Below are positions 19,179 to 28,078 of a stretch of 64,000 nt of DNA, piece by piece; within the stretch, counting starts at the first letter, position 1, and every line of letters begins with the position of its first letter. The notes under the pieces were generated by a model. It did not search any database. It saw only the letters and a program-made list of their open reading frames with translations, and was not told the DNA's origin. A program made the position numbers and the translations under genes. This DNA is from Treponema sp. (GTDB lineage: Bacteria; Spirochaetota; Spirochaetia; Treponematales; Breznakiellaceae), in the NCBI GenBank assembly GCA_031268975.1, contig JAIRWM010000058.1:905-64904 (forward strand), given 5' to 3'.

Positions 19179-20144
19179 ATGGGCCGTCTGCGTTCGCAGG
19201 TTTCAATTAACAGGACATTGCTGGAAAAAGGGACACTTTTCGCCGCTCTTGTCGTTTTTATCGTTATTTTTTCAGTCGCGTCGGGTGGAAAGTACGCCTC
19301 ACCCATAAATCTTATGAATATTCTTGTCGCCGCTTCCCTTACCGGAATTGTCGCAATCGGGATGACCTTTGTCATTCTGGGGGCGGGGATAGACTTGTCG
19401 GTTTCCGGAATAACGGTCCTAACGGGAATTTCCGGGGCGATGATGATGGATTCCGGGCTGAACTGGCTTTTTTCCTGTTTTTTGATGCTGATTCTCGGCT
19501 CGCTTATCGGGCTGGTAAACGGCCTTTCGATAACCAAGCTCAAGATGGTTCCTTTCGTTACCACAATGGCGATGATGAACATTACCCGGGGCATTGCCCG
19601 TACCCTGAGTAACGGCAAAACTATAACCCTTTCCGAGGAAGTTACCGTATTCGGCCTGGGCAGGCTTTTCGGCGTTATCCCCATTCCGATTGTGATGCTG
19701 GCGGTCAGCATGGTCGTGGGGTTCATCATCCTTCTCAAAACGACGTATGGCCGGGAAGTCTACGCGACGGGGGGCAACCAAAAGGCCGCCTGGCTTGCCG
19801 GGTTGAAATCCGACCGGATCATTATGCTGACCTACGCCGTCAGCGGTTTTTTTGCCGCCTTGGGGGCGGTGCTGGTTATTTCCCGGCTCCAGAGCGCCGC
19901 GCCGACGATGGGCCAGAACCTGGAGCTGGACTGTATCGCGGCCTGCGTGATCGGCGGTACGTCCTTGGTCGGCGGCGAAGGCGGCGTCGGCGGAACCCTG
20001 CTGGGGGCGATCCTCATCGCCATGATCAACAACGGGCTGAACATTACCGGGGTAACGCCGTTTATGCAGGAAATCGCGAAGGGCCTTATCATCTTTATCG
20101 TTATTGCCATCGACGCGGCAAAGCGTTCCCGCTGGCAGGTTTAG
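19179..20144 (+). CDS. sugar ABC transporter permease (RbsC-like), system 2
   Basis: It is a multi-TM protein with IGGTSLVGGEGG and a GGAGGA RBS. Confidence 0.85.
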   Translation: MGRLRSQVSINRTLLEKGTLFAALVVFIVIFSVASGGKYASPINLMNILVAASLTGIVAIGMTFVILGAGIDLSVSGITVLTGISGAMMMDSGLNWLFSCFLMLILGSLIGLVNGLSITKLKMVPFVTTMAMMNITRGIARTLSNGKTITLSEEVTVFGLGRLFGVIPIPIVMLAVSMVVGFIILLKTTYGREVYATGGNQKAAWLAGLKSDRIIMLTYAVSGFFAALGAVLVISRLQSAAPTMGQNLELDCIAACVIGGTSLVGGEGGVGGTLLGAILIAMINNGLNITGVTPFMQEIAKGLIIFIVIAIDAAKRSRWQV

Positions 20145-20204
20145 GGCGTCATTGGGGCCGCGTTGATGGCCCCGTAGATATAGCAAGAATTGGAGGAACG
20201 AAGT

Positions 20205-21296
20205 ATGAAAAAAGTTTTGGTTGTATTGTTCGCTTTGTCGATACTGGGGCTGCCCGTTTTCGCCGGTCCCGGCGCCCAGGGAAGCGGGGGCGCCGATGAT
20301 CCCGCGAAACCCCTGGTGATTAACGGCCGGCCGGCCAACGTCGTGTATCTTTCAAACGAGGCGTCTTCCGCGTGGCAGGTCGCGGGTACCGGATTCCTGA
20401 AAAATTTGATAGAACGGGCGGGCGGAAGGTGTACGATATTGACCGCGGATCTCCGGCCCGAACAGCAGGCGCAGCAGGCCCAGGATCTTCTGGTTACCAA
20501 GCCGGACGTGGTGGTGGTAAAGCCCGCCGATTCCGGGGCGATTGTGCCGGCGATCCGGCAGCTGAACCAGGCGGGGATTCCGGTCCTCTCCCTGGATGTC
20601 CGGCCCGATCCGGGATGCGAAACCTTCACCCATATCCAGTCGGACCAGCTCCAACTGGGCGGCCTCGGTGCGCAGTATCTTGCCGACGGGTTCCGCAAGG
20701 CGGGGAAAGTCGGCAGCGTTATCTCCATCATGGGCCAGCTGGAAATCGTTCTGGGCCGTGAGCGCCAGGCGGGCTTTGAAGCGGTAGCCGCGAAGAATTC
20801 CGATGTTCTGCGGATGCTGGATTACAAAGTCGAGGCAAAATGGACAAACGAAGGTGCTTACCAGGCGACAAAAGACGGCTTTACCCGGTATCCCAACGCC
20901 AACGCGATTTTCGTTATGTCCGATTGTATGCTCGTAGGGGTCTTGCAGGCCCTTAGGGAGATAGGCAAGTTGTACCCCGTGGGCGATCCCAGGCATGTCG
21001 CCATTGCCTCCATTGACGCCGATGAGAACGGCGTGAAGGCGATCAAAGACGGTTACCTTGACGTGGCGGTGGAACACAACGCCGCCCTGCATTCGGATAT
21101 CGGCGCGAGGGTTATCATTGATTTCCTGCACGGAAAAACCATCCCCAAGGAAATTATATTTGAACCTTTTGTGGTTGACACATCCAACGTGAACGATTCC
21201 GCCCGCTGGGGTGCGGCGGATCTCAAGGCCGTTGACAAATGGCCGCCGATGAAGCACGACCGCTATGTCAGCCAGTACAGCCAGACCGCGCTGTAG
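20205..21296 (+). CDS. sugar ABC transporter substrate-binding protein, system 2
   Basis: The signal peptide is MKKVLVVLFALSILGLPVFAG and the body has a periplasmic-binding fold. The RBS GGAGGA lies 7 nt upstream. Confidence 0.8.
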   Translation: MKKVLVVLFALSILGLPVFAGPGAQGSGGADDPAKPLVINGRPANVVYLSNEASSAWQVAGTGFLKNLIERAGGRCTILTADLRPEQQAQQAQDLLVTKPDVVVVKPADSGAIVPAIRQLNQAGIPVLSLDVRPDPGCETFTHIQSDQLQLGGLGAQYLADGFRKAGKVGSVISIMGQLEIVLGRERQAGFEAVAAKNSDVLRMLDYKVEAKWTNEGAYQATKDGFTRYPNANAIFVMSDCMLVGVLQALREIGKLYPVGDPRHVAIASIDADENGVKAIKDGYLDVAVEHNAALHSDIGARVIIDFLHGKTIPKEIIFEPFVVDTSNVNDSARWGAADLKAVDKWPPMKHDRYVSQYSQTAL

Positions 21297-21314
21297 CAGA
21301 CTTGTTCGGTAATC

Positions 21315-21358
21315 CGGTGGATTTTCCGGCAGGCTCCGGCCCGCCGGAAAATCCACCG
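21315..21358 (+). other. perfect 16-bp intercistronic hairpin between the SBP and ATPase genes
   Basis: The arms are CGGTGGATTTTCCGGC and GCCGGAAAATCCACCG, separated by 12 nt. No U-tract follows. Confidence 0.6.
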
Positions 21359-21390
21359 CGGAACATACCCGGAAAATTGTGGAAGGACGG

Positions 21391-22887
21391 ATGATGGAGT
21401 CAAAGCCAGTCGTTGAGGTTAAAAACATTACAAAGACATTCGGCGGAACCCGTGCGCTGGATGACGTTTCGATCGACATTTACCCCGGAGAAATCCATTC
21501 GTTTGTCGGCGTCAACGGGGCGGGGAAGTCCACACTGATGAAGATCCTTCTGGGGGTGTACGGCTATGACGGCGGCCGGATTCTTGTTAACGGGAAACCG
21601 GTGCACTTTCGCAGTCCCGAAGAGGCGATCTCCAACGGGGTGGCCATGGTGTATCAGGAACTGAACCTGTTCCCCAAATTAACTGTCTGCGAAAATATCC
21701 TTATGGGCCGGTTTATCAAAACGGGGTTTGGGCTGGTCGACAAAAAAGGGGGCCTTGCCAGGTGCCGGGAATTTCTTTCTTCCGTCGGAATTCCCCTTGA
21801 CGCGGCGGACTATGTGGATCAACTGAGCCTTGCCCGGAAACAACTGGTGGAAATCGCCAAATGCGTATATCAGCGTCCGAACATTCTTATTCTCGACGAG
21901 CCTTCTTCCAGCCTGTCTTACGACGAACAAAAAATACTCCACGACATTGTAAGAAACCTGAAAGAGCAGGGGCTTTCCATTTTATTTATCACCCACAAAA
22001 TGGAAGAACTGGAAGAGCTTTCCGACCGCATTACGATACTCAGGGACGGCAGAAAAATTTCCACGGGAGCTGCCTCTGAATATACCCTGGCCCGGATAAC
22101 CGAGGAAATGCTGGGCAAGAATGTCAATTTTGCAATTACTACGGATTTGTTTGACTATGCAAACGCCGAAGACTCACTTGACGTACAGAAACTGAATTAC
22201 GGGAAATTTGTGCGGAATGTCAGCTTCAGCCTGAAAAAGGGGGAGATTCTCGCCATTACCGGGCTTGTCGGCTGCGGCAAGAGTGAAGTGGCCCGCGCGC
22301 TTTTCGGCATATTCGGCGATACCGGGGGAGAGGTACGCGTCAATGGCAAAAAAGTGAATATCACCGGGCCTGTTGACGCCATCCGCAATTCCATCGCCTA
22401 TATGCCCATTTCCCGAAAAGAGGAAGGCATTTTTAGCAATTTTGATGTCACGCGAAATATATCTGTCGCCAGTCTGGATCGTTTTGGCTTTTTCATCAGA
22501 CACGCCCAGGAAACGGCCGTCGCTGAGGCGTGCCGGAACGATTTTAACATTAAGGTCGCCGGCATGAACGCCCTTATCGGGTCCTTGAGCGGCGGGAATC
22601 AGCAAAAAGCGGTGCTGGCCCGCTGGGTTTCCCGAAAGGGGCAGATACTGATACTCGATGAACCAACGCGGGGTATTGACGTTGGCGCCAAACGGGAAAT
22701 ATATATAAAGTTACGCCAGCTTTCAAAAGAAGGAATAAGCATACTGCTTGTCTCTTCCGAAATAGACGAGATCCTGGGCGTTGCCCACAGGATACTGGTA
22801 ATGAGAAACGGCGCTATCGGCGCGGAACTGTTTCCGTCTTCAACAACAGAAGCGGAAATTATGCAGTGTATGATGGCCCGAAACTGA
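21391..22887 (+). CDS. sugar ABC transporter ATP-binding protein (duplicated ATPase), system 2
   Basis: It has GVNGAGKST, LSGGNQQK and two cassettes. Confidence 0.9.
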   Translation: MMESKPVVEVKNITKTFGGTRALDDVSIDIYPGEIHSFVGVNGAGKSTLMKILLGVYGYDGGRILVNGKPVHFRSPEEAISNGVAMVYQELNLFPKLTVCENILMGRFIKTGFGLVDKKGGLARCREFLSSVGIPLDAADYVDQLSLARKQLVEIAKCVYQRPNILILDEPSSSLSYDEQKILHDIVRNLKEQGLSILFITHKMEELEELSDRITILRDGRKISTGAASEYTLARITEEMLGKNVNFAITTDLFDYANAEDSLDVQKLNYGKFVRNVSFSLKKGEILAITGLVGCGKSEVARALFGIFGDTGGEVRVNGKKVNITGPVDAIRNSIAYMPISRKEEGIFSNFDVTRNISVASLDRFGFFIRHAQETAVAEACRNDFNIKVAGMNALIGSLSGGNQQKAVLARWVSRKGQILILDEPTRGIDVGAKREIYIKLRQLSKEGISILLVSSEIDEILGVAHRILVMRNGAIGAELFPSSTTEAEIMQCMMARN

Positions 22888-22899
22888 CAGGAGAAAACC

Positions 22900-23529
22900 A
22901 TGATAAAACCGGTTACCGACGCGGCGTTTGAAAAATACGGGCTTGTCCTTGAAGGATACGATTTTTCAAGCCTGCTTGCAACACTTAACAAAACTACGGA
23001 ACAGCCCGCGGACAGAGTGCTGTATGTGGCCAGTGATCCCAAGCTTGAAGCGGAGCCGATTTTTGCCGATTTGCGGGACAGGGCTTTCGGCGGCATTCCC
23101 GTACAAGTCGGATATTGCAGCGGCGCCAACACAAAATTGAACTGTCTTGAATACCACAGGGGCAGTGAAGTCTGTGTTGCGGCCGACGACATTATTATGC
23201 TGCTGGCAAAACGGGAAGAGATAAAAAACTGGAGCATAGACACTTCCAAAGTGGAAGCGTTCCTTCTGCCAAGGGGCGCGGGAATCATTTACTGGGAAAC
23301 ATCCATGCACTACGCCCCCGCGAAAAAAGACGGCCTTTTCCGTAATATTATCGCGCTTCCCAGGGGCACGAATACCGAAAAGCCGGTCATTACGCCAAAA
23401 AACCGGGAAGATAAACTGCTGGCCGCCTGCAACAAATGGCTCCTCGCGCACCCCGATTCGGCCGAAGCCAAAACCCCTGGAATTCATGTGGGAATAACCG
23501 GGGAAAATATCGACGTGCGCGACCTGTAA
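22900..23529 (+). CDS. DUF4867-family protein (ureidoglycolate-lyase-like cupin fold)
   Basis: 209 aa. The pattern FEKYGLVLEGYDFSSLL...GYCSGANTKLNCLEYHRGSE matches my recollection of DUF4867 proteins. Confidence 0.6.
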   Translation: MIKPVTDAAFEKYGLVLEGYDFSSLLATLNKTTEQPADRVLYVASDPKLEAEPIFADLRDRAFGGIPVQVGYCSGANTKLNCLEYHRGSEVCVAADDIIMLLAKREEIKNWSIDTSKVEAFLLPRGAGIIYWETSMHYAPAKKDGLFRNIIALPRGTNTEKPVITPKNREDKLLAACNKWLLAHPDSAEAKTPGIHVGITGENIDVRDL

Positions 23530-23540
23530 CGGAGGAAAGT

Positions 23541-23864
23541 ATGGCCAAATATGCGTGGACCTGGAAAGTCAAACCAGAATGTGTGGAAGAATACGAAAAA
23601 ATGCATCTCAACCCTTGGCCCGAGATCATGAAAGCCCATTCTGAAGCGGGGTTCAAAAACTATTCGATTTTCCGGAACGGGACCCAGTTTTTTTATGTGC
23701 TGGAATGTGACGGGAATGTGGAAGAAGCCTTTGCCAAAATGGTAAACGATCCGGACTGTATTCGCTGGAATAACATTACCTCGAAAATGCTGGACGTAAG
23801 TCTGGAAAACGGGGATGTCAGTACCGGCGTTCAGTACTTAAAGGAAGTTTTCTTCCTTAAGTGA
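23541..23864 (+). CDS. L-rhamnose mutarotase-family protein
   Basis: 107 aa reading MAKYAWTWKVKPECVEEYEKMHLNPWPEIMKAH..NYSIF. The RBS is GGAGGAAAG, and the longer ORF extension was rejected. Confidence 0.75.
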   Translation: MAKYAWTWKVKPECVEEYEKMHLNPWPEIMKAHSEAGFKNYSIFRNGTQFFYVLECDGNVEEAFAKMVNDPDCIRWNNITSKMLDVSLENGDVSTGVQYLKEVFFLK

Positions 23865-23967
23865 GCCTCGCCGCCCGGCTAAACTTGGCCGGGAATATGA
23901 AAAGGTTTTAAGAGATAAGGAAAAAATAACCGCAACTTTTTGTGCCGCCCTGTGTCTGATCCACCTG

Positions 23968-24666
23968 ATGGGTGCCTTAAGGAACGTGGGTGTTTTCGGT
24001 GATTCGATATTGAAGGGAATTCAAATAGACACAGAAAACAAACGGTATTGTGTAAAAAACTATATCGATATTGAACAAATAAGCCAGAAACACTCGCTCG
24101 TTGTAAACAATTATTCCATTTTCGGCTGTACCATACGAAAGGGCGGCTTGATGCTGCAAAAACGTATTGATAATGGAAAGTCCTATGACATAGTTGTTAT
24201 GGAATACGGCGGAAACGACTGCGATTTTAACTGGAAAGAAATTGCAGATAATCCCGACGCCGAACATACGCCAAATACGCCTCTTGATGTTTTTTTTGCC
24301 ACTTATTGTCAAATTATCGGCATGCTCAAAAAATGTTTTATTGTTCCGGTTTTGACCAATTTGCCGCCGCTTGAACCGCAGCGGTTTTTTGACTGGTTTT
24401 GCAAAGGACTAAACAAGAATAACATCTTAAAATGGCTGGGGGGCATTAATACCATTTACCGGGCTCAGGAAACATACTCCAGAATGGTGGAAAAGATCGC
24501 CTTGAAAACAAAAACTCATTTGGTAGATTTGCGCAGCGCTTTTCTAAAGCACCGGCGGATCGAAGATTTATTGTGCGAAGACGGAACGCATCCAAATACC
24601 GCCGGGCAAAAAATAATTACAGAAACGTTTCTGGATTTTAAATTACAGAATATGGCGGTTGTATAA
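23968..24666 (+). CDS. SGNH/GDSL-family hydrolase
   Basis: It has the GDS block VGVFGDSILKG and the C-terminal DGTHPN (DxxH). The gene is visibly AT-rich. Confidence 0.75.
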   Translation: MGALRNVGVFGDSILKGIQIDTENKRYCVKNYIDIEQISQKHSLVVNNYSIFGCTIRKGGLMLQKRIDNGKSYDIVVMEYGGNDCDFNWKEIADNPDAEHTPNTPLDVFFATYCQIIGMLKKCFIVPVLTNLPPLEPQRFFDWFCKGLNKNNILKWLGGINTIYRAQETYSRMVEKIALKTKTHLVDLRSAFLKHRRIEDLLCEDGTHPNTAGQKIITETFLDFKLQNMAVV

Positions 24667-24670
24667 TAGA

Positions 24671-24700
24671 GTTGTTCAATAACTTCAGGTATTGAACAAC
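24671..24700. terminator. 11-bp perfect hairpin 5 nt after the SGNH stop (putative terminator)
   Basis: The arms are GTTGTTCAATA and TATTGAACAAC with an 8-nt loop. There is no clean U-tract on either strand. Confidence 0.4.
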
Positions 24701-24872
24701 TTCCACTAAAAAAACAGCAGATTTGGCGGATTTCTGCAAGAAATTCGTCAAATCTGCGAGACTTGTGAAACAACCAACCGGGTTGTTGAACAAGTCCAAT
24801 TCCTGCTTTCCAGACACCCTTTTTCTCTCCTTTAAACTTTTTCGACCCCGCGGTTAAAAACTCTTCCGCCGG

Positions 24873-25679
24873 TCAATTAGCGCCGCGTTTTCGCAGAATG
24901 GTTTCCGCGATTTCCGCGAATCCTTCCCCGCCTTCTTTTGACGCGGCAAAGGCCGGGAATGTTTTCATGTACGGGCAGTAACGGTTTACGTTTGCCACTC
25001 CGCAGGCCAGAGGGAAGCGGGCGAACATCGGCTCGTCGTTGGGCGAGTCGCCGGCGAACATCACCTGGCACAAATCACCGGCCCATCCAAAACGTTTTTT
25101 CAAAAATCGTTCCGACATGGAAAGCTTGTCGTATATGCCCATCCAAATGTTAACATGTATCGATGAAATTTTTGCCTGTGCGCCTTCTGCCCGGGCGATG
25201 GCCCGTACCTGTTCCGCCGTCTCAAGGGGGAGAACGGGCTCTTCTTCCGCAAAGTCCAGGGCAATGTCAAACATGCGGGCAAACTGATCTTTTGCGGGGC
25301 GTATTCCCGGCGTTTCGGCAAACGCGCGTTCTTTAATTCTGGTCAGTGCCGGATGATCGTTACGCAGCGCGGCGGGGTTAAACTCCTGCCGGAGAGCGGG
25401 GCGGGCCATGCCGCCGGAGCCCGGTTCTTCCCAAAACGCCAGGGCGCCGTTTTCGCCGATTACTCCATCTACGGGCCATTGGCGGGCAATTAAATCGCAC
25501 CAGCCGGCGGGGCGGCCTGTAACGGGGATAACCTTAAGCCCCGCGTCGTGAAGGTTCCACAGGGCGGTATATGCCGGGGCGGGGAGCTTTCCGTTTGTGG
25601 TAAGGGTGTCGTCTATATCCATCAGCACAAAACGTATGCCGGAAGCCTGCGCGGCGCTCATCTTTGCAAGGGGGTTCAT
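24873..25679 (-). CDS. HAD-IIB-family phosphatase
   Basis: It has the motif I sequence FVLMDIDDTLT and a later GDSPNDEPMF. The start overlaps the upstream stop (TAATG). Confidence 0.8.
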   Translation of the reverse strand: MNPLAKMSAAQASGIRFVLMDIDDTLTTNGKLPAPAYTALWNLHDAGLKVIPVTGRPAGWCDLIARQWPVDGVIGENGALAFWEEPGSGGMARPALRQEFNPAALRNDHPALTRIKERAFAETPGIRPAKDQFARMFDIALDFAEEEPVLPLETAEQVRAIARAEGAQAKISSIHVNIWMGIYDKLSMSERFLKKRFGWAGDLCQVMFAGDSPNDEPMFARFPLACGVANVNRYCPYMKTFPAFAASKEGGEGFAEIAETILRKRGAN

Positions 25680-26365
25680 TAAAACCGGTAAATTGATTCT
25701 GCGTCTCCTGTATCTATGAATACGATTTTGTTTTTATTCCCGTTGATTTCCGTTTCGAGAATCCTTTTAAAGGGAGTGTGTCCCACAATTTGATTACATC
25801 CTTCAAGGGGGTCCGCTTTAAGCGAACGGGGCCTGACCCAAATCGGGCTTTGTGTAACATTGTCGCCGTACATGTCTTCTCCGTTAAAGGCGAGAATCCC
25901 CCTGTCTTTGAGAAAAGCTCCGTTGATTTCTTCCGGGTTCGATGCCGAAATGGACGCGAGAAATGTTTTTGTTATCCCCGCGTGGGAAACGATATAATTG
26001 TCACCCGCGTCATAAACAACTTTAAGAAGGCCGATATTTTTTTCAAGGATCATGTTTATTTTTTCGTACCGGGATTCCTGAAAGCCTGAATAGTTGTCGG
26101 TTACGCCGTTCAGGTAATGATAATCGTGGTTGCCCAGACAGAGCTTTATTCTTTCATCGGCGCGGGCCGCTTTGCAGATCTCCAGAAAATTTTTGTATTG
26201 TTCGCGGAAACCGGCGGAAGGGTTATGACTGTCAAAGTAATCGCCGGTAAAATAAAAAGCGGTGTAATTTTCCTTAACGTAATGTTTCCAGAACGGTTTT
26301 CCGTGAATGTCGCCGATTGCCAAACGGCGCGGAGTGTCGATGCTTTGCATGGATAACGGTACCAT
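25679..26365 (-). CDS. calcineurin-like metallophosphoesterase
   Basis: It has the motifs GDIHGK, GDYFD and GNHD. It abuts the ilvB stop (TAAATG). Confidence 0.8.
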   Translation of the reverse strand: MVPLSMQSIDTPRRLAIGDIHGKPFWKHYVKENYTAFYFTGDYFDSHNPSAGFREQYKNFLEICKAARADERIKLCLGNHDYHYLNGVTDNYSGFQESRYEKINMILEKNIGLLKVVYDAGDNYIVSHAGITKTFLASISASNPEEINGAFLKDRGILAFNGEDMYGDNVTQSPIWVRPRSLKADPLEGCNQIVGHTPFKRILETEINGNKNKIVFIDTGDAESIYRF

Positions 26366-28078
26366 TTAGAGAATCTGTTCGTCCACGGGTCTGCCGCCGG
26401 GAACCATGGGGAGCACCATTTCGTTCCTGTCGATAACGGCTTCTACAAGCACAGCGCGGCTTTCCGCCAGATGAACCATGGCCTTGTCCAGCGCGGCGGT
26501 AAATTCGCCCGGCGTCTTTGCCCGAAACCCGCTGACTCCGTAAGCGTTTGCGAGGATTGGGAAATCCGGCGTTTCTCCAAGATCGGTTTCACAAAAGTTT
26601 CCGCCGCAGAACAATTTTTGCCATTGGCGGACCATGCCCAGGCCGCTGTTGTTTAAGAGCACAATCAGCAGGGGAATTTTGCGGGCGCTTACCGTTCCCA
26701 GTTCCGGGCTGTTCATCCGGAACGATCCGTCGCCGGTAAACAGAACTACCGGCCGCTCCGGGTTGGCGAGCTTTGCCCCAATGGCGGCGCCAAGGCCAAA
26801 GCCCATGGCGCCAAGGCCCCCCGGCGTAATAAACGACCTCGGCCCGAAAGCCGGATAATACCGGGCAGCCCACATTTGGTGCTGGCCCACATCTGTAACC
26901 GCGATCGCGCCGGGGCCGAGTTTTCCGGCGGTCTGTTTCACAATAAATTCGGGATGAAGAACCTGTCCTGTTTGTTTTTGCCGGGCGGGGATACCGGCTT
27001 TAAGCTTTTCAATTTCACCGTTCCACGCGGTCTTGACGGACGCGGGGAGCTTTTTTATAAGCGCGGCCAGGGTTTTTTTCAGATCTCCTATAATCCAAAA
27101 ATCCGATTGAATGTTTTTGTTGACTTCGGCGGGATCAATGTCCATGTGCAGAATTTTCGCGTTTCTGGCAAACCTGTCGGCACGGCTTGTAACCCTGTCG
27201 GAAAAACGCGAGCCGGCGGCGATAAGCAGGTCTGCCTTTTGCACGGCTTTGTTCGAGGCCGCCGTACCGTGCATGCCGATAAGCCCCGTACAAAGCCGGT
27301 AATCGCCGGGAACGGCCCCGATTCCCATTAAGCTCGTCGCCACCGGGGCGTTAAGCCGTTCCGCGAGTTCGGCCAGTTCTTTTGACGCCCCGGATATAAT
27401 GGCCCCGCCTCCCGCATAGATCATCGGGCGGGAAGATTCCAGAATCAGCTTTGCCGCTTTTTCAATGTCGCCGGAGTCAAAGGTTACCCTTTCGCCCCGT
27501 TCGGCAAGCCGCCTGGCCCGCTCTCCCTGTACGCCGCCCCGGCTCGAATCGGCGACACTTAGATACTCCGTTTCGGCGGCGCATATATCGGAGGGTATGT
27601 CGATAAGCACCGGGCCCGGTCTGCCGCTTTCCGCGACGATAAAAGCTTCGCGGATTACTTCCGCGAGTTCCTTGACATTTTTGACAATCCAGTTATGTTT
27701 GACAACGGGCATGGTTATACCGGCAATGTCCACTTCCTGAAAACTGTCTTTTCCCAAAAGATGAAGGGGCACGTTTCCGGTAATCGCTACCACCGGAGAA
27801 GAATCCATATAAGCGGCGGCGATGCCGGTAACAAGGTTTGTCGCTCCCGGCCCGGACGTGGCAATACACACGCCGGTTCTGCCGGAAGATCTGGCATAGC
27901 CGTCCGCGGCATGCACGGCGTGTTGTTCATGGCTTACAAGGATATGCCGTATCCTGTCCCGGTGTCTGTAAAGTTCATCATAAATTTTAAGCACAGATCC
28001 GCCGGGGATGCCGAAAACCGTATCAACGCCTTCTTCGACAAGGGCCTCAACCAGAATCCTCGCGCCTGAATACTTCAT
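26366..28078 (-). CDS. ilvB: acetolactate synthase large subunit (ThDP enzyme, biosynthetic type)
   Basis: 570 aa, with GARILVEALVEEGVDTVFGIPGG and the ThDP motif GDGSFRMN..NN. Confidence 0.9.
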   Translation of the reverse strand: MKYSGARILVEALVEEGVDTVFGIPGGSVLKIYDELYRHRDRIRHILVSHEQHAVHAADGYARSSGRTGVCIATSGPGATNLVTGIAAAYMDSSPVVAITGNVPLHLLGKDSFQEVDIAGITMPVVKHNWIVKNVKELAEVIREAFIVAESGRPGPVLIDIPSDICAAETEYLSVADSSRGGVQGERARRLAERGERVTFDSGDIEKAAKLILESSRPMIYAGGGAIISGASKELAELAERLNAPVATSLMGIGAVPGDYRLCTGLIGMHGTAASNKAVQKADLLIAAGSRFSDRVTSRADRFARNAKILHMDIDPAEVNKNIQSDFWIIGDLKKTLAALIKKLPASVKTAWNGEIEKLKAGIPARQKQTGQVLHPEFIVKQTAGKLGPGAIAVTDVGQHQMWAARYYPAFGPRSFITPGGLGAMGFGLGAAIGAKLANPERPVVLFTGDGSFRMNSPELGTVSARKIPLLIVLLNNSGLGMVRQWQKLFCGGNFCETDLGETPDFPILANAYGVSGFRAKTPGEFTAALDKAMVHLAESRAVLVEAVIDRNEMVLPMVPGGRPVDEQIL

